A DNA stretch of 64,000 nt from a virus, in IMG/VR virus record IMGVR_UViG_2903506739_000001, positions 3,696-67,695 of that record; one strand, written 5' to 3'. Each line of letters begins with the position of its first letter. Position 1 is the stretch's first letter. The position numbers and the translations under genes were made by a program. This document shows, one piece after another, positions 54,542 to 62,189 of this stretch. Under the pieces are notes generated by a model, which was not told where the DNA came from, did no database searches, and saw only the letters and a list, made by a program, of their open reading frames with translations.

Positions 54542-55174
54542 ATGTTCAAGAACCATCTGCTGTATCGCATCGTCATCTTTAACGGCTTCATCGGCGCCTT
54601 CCTGTTGTGGGCGTGGATGCATGGCTACGTGCAGCGCATTCTTGCCGGCGAGACGACCGGCATCGGCTATGTGATGATCACGGTGTTCGTACTGGCGTTC
54701 TGCGGCCTCATGGTGCGGGTGCAGAAGGCCTCGAACGCATTCAACGAGGTCAAGGCCGGCACCTACGTCGACGTGCGCAAGCTGGCGATCAAAAGCAGTT
54801 TCGTGGCGGCGGTCGGCGTCTGGCTCGGCATGCTCGGCCTGATAGGCAACATCCTCGGCTTCAGCCAAGCGGTGGAATCGCTCAACGTCGCTGGCGGGCC
54901 GGATGCCGCGCTGCAGTCGATCGCCGGCATGACGGCGGGCATGAAGGTCGCCTTTTACACGACTCTCGTCGGCATTTCACTTGGCCTCTGGCTCGGTGTC
55001 AACAGCCACATCCTGAACACGACGATCGCACTGCTCAAGATCGACGCTGAGGCGCTTAAGGTGCCTTTCCAACAGAAGGTCACGCTCAACAACATCCTTG
55101 ACGGCAAGTCCGTGAACAAGGCGTTCGAAGCGGCGCGCGCGTCCGTGGCTGCCGAACTGGCCGTCAAGGGCTGA
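54542..55174 (+). CDS. MotA/TolQ/ExbB-family proton-channel protein
   Basis: 210 aa ORF with three TM helices. Family-typical segments WLGMLGLIGNILGF and AFYTTLVGISLGLWLGV. RBS AAAGGAGG upstream. Confidence 0.65.
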   Translation: MFKNHLLYRIVIFNGFIGAFLLWAWMHGYVQRILAGETTGIGYVMITVFVLAFCGLMVRVQKASNAFNEVKAGTYVDVRKLAIKSSFVAAVGVWLGMLGLIGNILGFSQAVESLNVAGGPDAALQSIAGMTAGMKVAFYTTLVGISLGLWLGVNSHILNTTIALLKIDAEALKVPFQQKVTLNNILDGKSVNKAFEAARASVAAELAVKG

Positions 55175-55179
55175 CCACC

Positions 55180-55776
55180 ATGAACAACGAGATGGAAGAA
55201 CTCAACGGCATCGCCTGGCGCGATGTCCTGATGAACACGGTCATCGGTTTCGTCTGCATCATCGGCGTCATGGCGCTCATGATCACCATGAAGGCCAAGG
55301 CCGAGCAGGAGGGCGCGATCCCGCCCGGCAACCTGATCGTCCACGCAGTCTGGCCGAGCGGCGACACGGATATCGATCTGTGGGTCAACGGCCCTGGCGA
55401 GCCGGTTCCGGTTGGTTATTCAAACAAGGGCGGCCTGCTCTGGAACCTGCTGCGTGATGACCTCGGCATCCAGCCGGACGCCACCGACATCAACTACGAG
55501 GACGCGGCGACCCGTGGCGTTATCGGCGGCGAGTACACCATCAACGTCCATTGCTACCGGTGTCCGACGCTGCCGCAAAAGGTCGATCTCGAGGCCTCGA
55601 TCAACACGGGCGAACCCGGCAAGGCATCGCTCAAGGTGCTCGCCACGACGCACGTCACCTTGGTCAGCGCAGGTCAGGAAGCCACCGGCATGAACTTCAT
55701 CTTGCGAGAAGACGGCACGATCGAGCCAAATTCTCTCAACCAGGTTTTCCGCCCCTTGCGGTCGGGAAAGAAATGA
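55180..55776 (+). CDS. ExbD/TolR/MotB-like bitopic membrane protein (Asp at start of TM helix)
   Basis: 198 aa ORF. The segment WRDVLMNTVIGFVCIIGVMALMI resembles the ExbD/TolR TM with its conserved Asp. A ~150 aa periplasmic domain follows, with no OmpA-type PG-binding motif. Confidence 0.4.
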   Translation: MNNEMEELNGIAWRDVLMNTVIGFVCIIGVMALMITMKAKAEQEGAIPPGNLIVHAVWPSGDTDIDLWVNGPGEPVPVGYSNKGGLLWNLLRDDLGIQPDATDINYEDAATRGVIGGEYTINVHCYRCPTLPQKVDLEASINTGEPGKASLKVLATTHVTLVSAGQEATGMNFILREDGTIEPNSLNQVFRPLRSGKK

Positions 55777-56333
55777 GGCCGACCACCATGGACAGAATCA
55801 TTCTTGCGCTGATCCCCTCCAACGGCGTCAGCATCACCGTCTGGCTCGTCCTGACGGCCATTCTCGCCGCGATGGCACTCATCGCTATATGGGCGCGCCG
55901 GCCGACAGCGGCACGCACATTGGCGGTGCTCAGCCTGCTCCTGTTCAGCCCGATCGCAGGCGCCGCCGTGTGGCTGTGTCTCGGTTGGCCGGTGCCCTAC
56001 GTCGAAGGCCTCACTGTGAAGCCGGGCAAGCACATGATCCTCGGTGTGAAGGCACTTATCGGCGACGGTATCTACGTGCTTCTGGATCTCGGCGGCGAGG
56101 CACCGCGGTATTACAAGATGCCGTGGAACGACCGCACCGCCGAGCAGATGCAAAAAGCACTCGACGAGCGTGCCGCTGGCGGTGAGGGATCGACGGCCGG
56201 TGTCGAGGTCAAGCCGTTCGAATTCTCCTGGGACACGCACCCGCCGCAATTTTGGGCGGACCCGCAGCCGAAGGTGCTTCCGGACAAGCCGCACCAGGAA
56301 GAACCGATGCATGCGCCAGGGCAGGATATCTGA
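55773..56333 (+). CDS. 2-TM membrane protein with Pro-rich C-terminus (possible third component of the stator-like module)
   Basis: 186 aa ORF with an ATGA overlap to the upstream gene. Confidence 0.35.
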   Translation: MRPTTMDRIILALIPSNGVSITVWLVLTAILAAMALIAIWARRPTAARTLAVLSLLLFSPIAGAAVWLCLGWPVPYVEGLTVKPGKHMILGVKALIGDGIYVLLDLGGEAPRYYKMPWNDRTAEQMQKALDERAAGGEGSTAGVEVKPFEFSWDTHPPQFWADPQPKVLPDKPHQEEPMHAPGQDI

Positions 56334-56335
56334 CG

Positions 56336-56599
56336 ATGAGCGGCACGCGCGAGCGGCTTTACCTTGATGCGGCACGGCGGGCAGGTCTCGCCGTGCCTGA
56401 CGACTGGCGCTCCTACCACAAGGATGCGTTCCCGCACTATCACGTGTTTGCGACGATGCAACGGGCGCGCAAAGACGCGGCGAAGAAGACGGTTTTCGCC
56501 AGCGCGCGGATCGTCGCCAAGGTCAGCGCGGAGGAGACGAAGACGCTCAGCCTCTACCATTTCATGCAACTCGGTTTCGACCTTTCTTCGAGGGAGTGA
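56336..56599 (+). CDS. hypothetical protein
   Basis: Start at M29 of the track ORF. Confidence 0.35.
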   Translation: MSGTRERLYLDAARRAGLAVPDDWRSYHKDAFPHYHVFATMQRARKDAAKKTVFASARIVAKVSAEETKTLSLYHFMQLGFDLSSRE

Positions 56600-57831
56600 T
56601 GGGCCACTCCAAACACTCGCCGTCCGGCGCATCTCTATGGATGGGTTGCGCCGGCGCGCTCAATCGCATCAAGAAGCTTGGCATAAAGGATGACCGCACC
56701 AGCATCCATGCGGCCGAAGGCACCGCGGCGCATTGGGTGCGCGAGCAGTGCCTGGAATTCGGCTTCGAGCCGCACGATTTTCTCGCTACCAAGATCCAGG
56801 CGGACGGCTTCGACTTCGTGGTCGACGACGGCATGGCGACAGCGCTGGTCGAGGGCGTCGACCGTTGCCGCGAACTGACAATGCCAGAGGCCTCGAGCGG
56901 CGTTGAACTGCGCGTTGACACGACGCCGTGGGTCGGCCCCGACGACCATGGCGAGCCGCAAGGCGGCACGGTCGACTATTACGCGATCAGTGGCCCGGAG
57001 TTCTATCTCGAGGAGTGGCTGCTGAGCGACCTCAAATTTGGCGCCGGAATCGCCGTGTCGCCAGTGCGCAACAAGCAGCAGATGATCTACGCGCTCGGGC
57101 TGCTCAACAGCTTTCCGGATTACCATCCGCCGAAGCGATTCCGCATCATCATCGACCAGCCTCGAAACTCTGCCGGTGGCGGCGAGTGGGTCGTTTCGAT
57201 CGAAACGCTCCTAGCCTTCGGCGAAGAGGTCAAGCGCGCCGCGGCGGCGACGCGTGATCCTGATGCGCCCTGCACGCCGTCCGATACCGCCTGCCAATGG
57301 TGCCCGCTGACCAAGATTGACGGCGCGTGTGTCGAGCACGAAGCGTGGAAACTCGACATGCTCGGGCTAGATTTCGACGACCTCGACGCAGACGACGAAC
57401 CTGCGCTGCCCGATATCGACGGCTTGAGTCCGCAGCGGCGCCGCTACATCAACCAGCATGCCCACCTGATCACCAAATGGTTGAAAAGGCTGCATGCCGA
57501 GGAAATCCACGACGTCATCACCAAAGGTCCGGCGAACGGCGTCAAGGCCGTATCCGGCCGCATGCCGCCGCGCAAACACAGGGATGAAAAGGCGTCAGAA
57601 GCCTGGCTGAAAAAGCGTCTTTCGCCTGACCGTCTATTCCACCAACAGTTGATTAGTGTCGCGCAACTTGATAAAGTGCTCGGCAAAGGGGTGTTCCCGA
57701 AATCCCTCGTCGACCAGGGCGATCCGAAGCCGGTTCTTGTGCCGGTGGAAGACGAAAGGCCGGCCATCATCAGAGACGACGAGTTCGATGACTTGGATGC
57801 CGAAGATGATGCTTTCGATGATGACTTCTGA
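56599..57831 (+). CDS. PD-(D/E)XK Cas4/RecB-like exonuclease (DUF2800 family); acidic C-terminus DDAFDDDF
   Basis: 410 aa ORF with a C-terminal Cys cluster (C…CQWCPL…C). It occupies the position upstream of a gp2.5-like SSB and Pol A seen in many siphophage replication modules. Confidence 0.6.
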   Translation: MGHSKHSPSGASLWMGCAGALNRIKKLGIKDDRTSIHAAEGTAAHWVREQCLEFGFEPHDFLATKIQADGFDFVVDDGMATALVEGVDRCRELTMPEASSGVELRVDTTPWVGPDDHGEPQGGTVDYYAISGPEFYLEEWLLSDLKFGAGIAVSPVRNKQQMIYALGLLNSFPDYHPPKRFRIIIDQPRNSAGGGEWVVSIETLLAFGEEVKRAAAATRDPDAPCTPSDTACQWCPLTKIDGACVEHEAWKLDMLGLDFDDLDADDEPALPDIDGLSPQRRRYINQHAHLITKWLKRLHAEEIHDVITKGPANGVKAVSGRMPPRKHRDEKASEAWLKKRLSPDRLFHQQLISVAQLDKVLGKGVFPKSLVDQGDPKPVLVPVEDERPAIIRDDEFDDLDAEDDAFDDDF

Positions 57832-57851
57832 ACCTACGAGGATTACGCACT

Positions 57852-58508
57852 ATGGCATTCAAACCATCGTTCAACGCGGAAAAGGGTACGTTTAAGGTTC
57901 TTGTGCGGCTGAGCTACTGCCGCATGGATCGCAAAACCGCATCGGTCGAGGGCGGCAAGCTCGCCTATCGCACCAACGGTCTGCTCTACAAGGAGACCGA
58001 GGAAGGCAAGGCCAGCATCGCCGTGGCGCAGCAGGCAGCGAAGCACCTTATTGGCAAGGAATGGCCTGGCAAGGACCCGGTCAAGCTGCTGCAGAGCTTC
58101 GATTCCAAGCGCCGGCCGATCCACGACGGCGACCAGTATTTCGACAGCGAGGGCAATGTACGCGAGCACTACGAGGGCACGCGCTACCTGAAGCTCACCA
58201 ATGATCGCAAGCCGAAGCTGAAGAAGCGCAACGGCGAGGACTGCGATGCCGAAGAGGCCGAAGAACTGTTCCAGTCCGGCAATTGGGCTGTGGCCTACGG
58301 TCACTACTATGCGGTGAAGGACAAGGCCAAGGGCGGCAACGGCATGTTCGCAACGCTGGATGCGCTTCAATACTACAAGAAGGACGAGCAGTTCTCTGGC
58401 GGCGGCATCGACGACGACGAGATCGACAACCTCGGCGACGACGAGGACGACTTCGACGAGAAGCCGAAGAACAAAAAAGCCTCCTCGATCGACGACGACG
58501 AAATCTGA
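57852..58508 (+). CDS. T7 gp2.5-like ssDNA-binding protein (DUF2815) with acidic C-terminal tail (…DDDEI)
   Basis: 218 aa ORF. N-terminal KVLVRLSY pattern. Asp/Glu-rich tail. RBS GAGGA upstream. Confidence 0.6.
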   Translation: MAFKPSFNAEKGTFKVLVRLSYCRMDRKTASVEGGKLAYRTNGLLYKETEEGKASIAVAQQAAKHLIGKEWPGKDPVKLLQSFDSKRRPIHDGDQYFDSEGNVREHYEGTRYLKLTNDRKPKLKKRNGEDCDAEEAEELFQSGNWAVAYGHYYAVKDKAKGGNGMFATLDALQYYKKDEQFSGGGIDDDEIDNLGDDEDDFDEKPKNKKASSIDDDEI

Positions 58509-58522
58509 TTACCCTACCACTC

Positions 58523-58552
58523 GGGCGGCGCGAATGCCGCCCTCTTTTTTTG
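58523..58552 (+). terminator. rho-independent terminator (GGGCGGC-GCGAAT-GCCGCCC followed by T8)
   Basis: Canonical GC hairpin plus U-tract immediately after the SSB gene. Confidence 0.7.
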
Positions 58553-58562
58553 CGGGTAACAG

Positions 58563-60635
58563 ATGCTCGATCTGATCGACCTCTATTTGGGTCGGCTGCC
58601 GCCGATCGCCCAGGAGCGCGATGTCAAGGACGTCGTCTTCTGCGACATCGAAACATACCACAACCTCTTCTACGTCGCCTTCAAGCGCCGCTCAGACGGC
58701 AAGCGGCTAGGCTATGAACTGAGCCACCGTTCGGCGCTCGACCGCGAGGCGATCCGGCGCATTCTGAAGCGCTATACCGTCGTCACCTTCAACGGCATGA
58801 CCTACGACATGCCGATCATCCTGCTTGCTCTGACCGGCGCCGACAACGCCGAGCTCAAGGCGGCAAGCGACCGCATCATCATGGGCGGGATGAAGTGGTG
58901 GGACTCAGAACGCGAGCTCGGGATCACCATTCCGAAGTGGCTGGATCATATCGATCTGTTCGAGCCGAATCCCTCTGTCGGGGATGGCCTCAAGACGCTC
59001 AACGGTCGCCTTCATGGTGAGCGCTTGCAGGATCTTCCCTATCCACCAGAAACTATCCTGACCGACGAGCAGATGGACGATGTTATCGACTACTGCCTGA
59101 TCAGCGACCTGGACGCGACCGAGAACCTCTACAACGCGCTGAAGGAAGCTCTGGAACTGCGCGTAGCCCTTGGTGAGCGCTACGGCATGGACCTGCGATC
59201 AAAGTCTGACGCGCAGGTCGGCGAGACCATTATCAAGAAGCGTATCGAGCAACTGACCGGCAAGAAGCCGCAGAAGAACCCGCCCAAGCCAGGCACCGCC
59301 TTCAGGTATGACGTTCCGCAGTGGATGAGCTTCGAGACCGAGCCGATGCAGCGCGTGCTTGAGGTCGTCCGGCAAACCACTTTCATTCTTCGTGACGACG
59401 GGAAAGTGCTGTTCCCGAAAGAGTTCGAGAAGTTGCAAATCCAGATCGGCGGCTCGACCTACAAGATGGGCATCGGCGGACTGCATTCGACCGAGTCGAA
59501 CCGTGCCGTCCATTCCGATGACGATACGGTGCTGATCGACGCCGACGTAGCGTCGCAATATCCCGAGATCATCATGAAGCTCGGGCTGTTCCCAAAAGCC
59601 CTTGGGAAAGATTTCCTAAAAGTCTATCGCAGCATTATCGACGAGCGCCTAGCCGCCAAGCGCCGTTCCAAGGAAATCGACACTGAACTGAAGACGGCCG
59701 GCGCCAACTACGCGCCTGTGCTGAAGGCCGAAAAGCTGCAAATGATCGTCCGCGATAAGGGCGGCAAGATCCAGTTGAACGGTGTCTACGGCAAGCTCGG
59801 GTCGCGCTTCTCCATCCTCTACGCGCCGCATTTGCTGATCGCCATCACGCTGACCGGACAATTGTCGCTGCTCATGTTGATCGAGCGCGCCGAGAAGGCT
59901 GGCATTTCCGTGATCTCCGGCAACACGGACGGCGTCGTGTTCAAATGCCCGCGGCACCTTTTCGAGGGCTTTGTCATGAAGGACGGTGCTGCGACCGACC
60001 GGCTGGCGCCGTCGCCACTGACGGAGATCACCGACTGGTGGGAAGCCGCGACCGGCTTCAAGCTCGAATTCGCCGAATACCGCTCGATCTACAATCGCGA
60101 CGTCAACTACTATGTGGCGATCAAATCCAACGGCAAGGGCAAGCGCAAGGGCAGCATCGCCAACCACTGGCATCCCGACTCGCCCGACTACGATCCGGCG
60201 CGCGAGCAGATGAAGAAGAACCCCAAGATGACGATCGTCGGGGACGCGGTGCTTGCCTTCCTGCGCGACGGCACGCCGGTCGAGAAGACGATCCGCGAGT
60301 GCAAGGACGTGCGCGGCTTCCTCACCGTCATCAAGGCGACCGGCGGCGCCACCTGGCGCGACGGCTATCTCGGTAAGGTCGTGCGCTACTATTGGTCGAC
60401 GGACGGGGATTCGATGATCAAGGTCAAGGCGCATCCCAAGACCGGCAACCGTCCGAAGGTGCCTGAGACAGAAGGTTGCCGCCCGCTCATGATGCTGCCG
60501 AAGACACTGCCGGCCGATATCGACTATCAGCGGTACATCGAAACGGCGGAAAGCATTTTGCGAGACATCGGCTATGTGGAGAAACGAACCGCACTCATGG
60601 CGGAAATCTATGGCCGCGCCTTGCAATTCCACTGA
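58563..60635 (+). CDS. family A DNA polymerase with N-terminal 3'-5' exonuclease domain
   Basis: 690 aa ORF. Exo I-like FCDIETY. Pol motifs DADVASQYPEII (A), K…NGVYGKLG (B) and GNTDGVVF (C). Confidence 0.75.
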   Translation: MLDLIDLYLGRLPPIAQERDVKDVVFCDIETYHNLFYVAFKRRSDGKRLGYELSHRSALDREAIRRILKRYTVVTFNGMTYDMPIILLALTGADNAELKAASDRIIMGGMKWWDSERELGITIPKWLDHIDLFEPNPSVGDGLKTLNGRLHGERLQDLPYPPETILTDEQMDDVIDYCLISDLDATENLYNALKEALELRVALGERYGMDLRSKSDAQVGETIIKKRIEQLTGKKPQKNPPKPGTAFRYDVPQWMSFETEPMQRVLEVVRQTTFILRDDGKVLFPKEFEKLQIQIGGSTYKMGIGGLHSTESNRAVHSDDDTVLIDADVASQYPEIIMKLGLFPKALGKDFLKVYRSIIDERLAAKRRSKEIDTELKTAGANYAPVLKAEKLQMIVRDKGGKIQLNGVYGKLGSRFSILYAPHLLIAITLTGQLSLLMLIERAEKAGISVISGNTDGVVFKCPRHLFEGFVMKDGAATDRLAPSPLTEITDWWEAATGFKLEFAEYRSIYNRDVNYYVAIKSNGKGKRKGSIANHWHPDSPDYDPAREQMKKNPKMTIVGDAVLAFLRDGTPVEKTIRECKDVRGFLTVIKATGGATWRDGYLGKVVRYYWSTDGDSMIKVKAHPKTGNRPKVPETEGCRPLMMLPKTLPADIDYQRYIETAESILRDIGYVEKRTALMAEIYGRALQFH

Positions 60636-60658
60636 CAGTTGATTTATTGTCGAGTCCG

Positions 60659-61891
60659 ATGAGCAAAGCCTATTACAACGAGATCGACAAATACGCTGCC
60701 ACATGGCTGCGTAACCTGATCACGGCAGGGCTCATCGCGCCCGGCGACGTGGACGAGAGGGACATCCGTGACGTTCGACCTTCTGACCTCAGAGGCTACA
60801 CACAAGTTCACGCATTTGCAGGCATTGGCGTCTGGTCGTATGGACTTCGACGGGGGGGCTGGCCAGACGATCGACCCGTCTGGACAGGTAGTTGCCCTTG
60901 CCAACCTTTCTCCGCGGCAGGCCGAGGAGATGGGTTTGTTGACGAGCGGCACCTTTGGCCGCATTGGCACCATCTCATCGCAGAGTGCCGACCTGATGAG
61001 GTCTTTGGAGAGCAAGTTGCGTCAAAGGACGGCCTTGCTTGGCTCGACCTTGTATTCGCTGACATGGAAGGAACGGGCTACGCCATTGGGGCGCTCGATA
61101 CCTGCTCTGCGGGCAGCGGCGCGCCGCACATCCGGCAAAGGCTCCGATTCGCAGCCTACCATCAACGACTTGCCGCAGGTCGGTTGGGCGACTGCTTGGG
61201 CCGAGGATGGCGAGAGCGCCGGCATGCGATGGAACCGGGGCATAGCGGACACGCTGACGGCGCAGGCCTCCTTGGCTGGCTGGACGACGACCACGACGAG
61301 GGATTGGAAGGATTCGGGCGCGGATATCACGCCTCGACCAGACAACGGCAAGGATCGGTTCGACCAATTGCCGAGACAGGCGAATTTGACGGGCTGGCCC
61401 ACGGCACAGAGTCGAGACGGCAGTCACGGGGGCGGACAGTCTACGAGAACAGCGGGGAACCGTCGCAACCTGGACGACTTCGCGATGTTGACTGGTTGGG
61501 GGACACCGAATGCATCGGCGCCGGGCGGCACGCCAGAACAGGCGTTGCAGCGGAAAGAGGGCACCGGAGCGGGTCTTTCGGTAACGACGCTGGATCATCA
61601 GGTGCAATTGGTCGGCCCGGCCCGACTAACGGCCACTGGCGAGACGCTGATTGGCTATTCTGCCGGGATGGCAAGTGGCGGCCAGTTGAACCCAACACAT
61701 TCCCGTTGGCTCATGGGGCTACCTCCCGAGTGGGACGGTTGCGCGCCTACGGCAACGCAGTCGACGCGGAAGCCACGCGCATCTTCATCGAAGCGTATCT
61801 CGACCGCGAGACGCTCGAACTTGAGCCCGTACGAGAGACTGCTACTGGCGGTCCTGAATTAAACGCTTCCTTTGATGATCTGCTTGGTTAG
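60659..61891 (+). pseudogene. C5-cytosine DNA methyltransferase with internal frame disruption (motifs I, IV, VI, VIII and X in one frame, the GWxTP-repeat region in the +1 frame); C-terminal FDDLLG tail
   Basis: Frame A (60659→~61150) carries [24 protein letters not shown] and RQRLRF. Frame A then degenerates into Arg/Gly noise. The overlapping frame B (track ORF 60768..61862) carries LTWKERATP / LAGWTTTT / LTGWPTAQ / LTGWGTP repeats and [12 protein letters not shown]. Frame A resumes with [10 protein letters not shown] at ~61.75 kb. Confidence 0.55.
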
Positions 61892-61922
61892 AAATTCAGC
61901 TGTCAGCTGAAGGATTCCACCC

Positions 61923-62189
61923 GTGGCCGAAATTCCTCATGTACAGACCCCGGTGACCAACTATGCCCGATCACGTGGCTGGCGGGCGCGCCGCATGCAG
62001 TACATCGGCCGCCACGCCTGTCCCGATTCCTGGTTCTTCATGGACGGCCGGGTGATCGTCGTCGAATTCAAGGATCTCGGCGAGGAGCCGGAAATCCACC
62101 AGAAGCGCGAGATCAGGCGGCTGCGGGAGAGCGGCCTAGCCGTTCACGTGATCGACAACGTCGAGGATGGCTGTGCTCTCTTCGATTGA
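61923..62189 (+). CDS. VRR-NUC domain nuclease
   Basis: 88 aa ORF. Its size, Lys/Asp/Glu pattern and position next to an SNF2 helicase are typical of VRR-NUC. Confidence 0.5.
   Translation: MAEIPHVQTPVTNYARSRGWRARRMQYIGRHACPDSWFFMDGRVIVVEFKDLGEEPEIHQKREIRRLRESGLAVHVIDNVEDGCALFD

Noticed and set aside
60768-61862. Treating track ORF 60768..61862 as an independent gene overlapping the C5-MTase
   Set aside because: Its first ~90 codons are noise and its meaningful part fits the TRD of the methyltransferase. It is better explained as the +1-frame segment of a frame-disrupted MTase.
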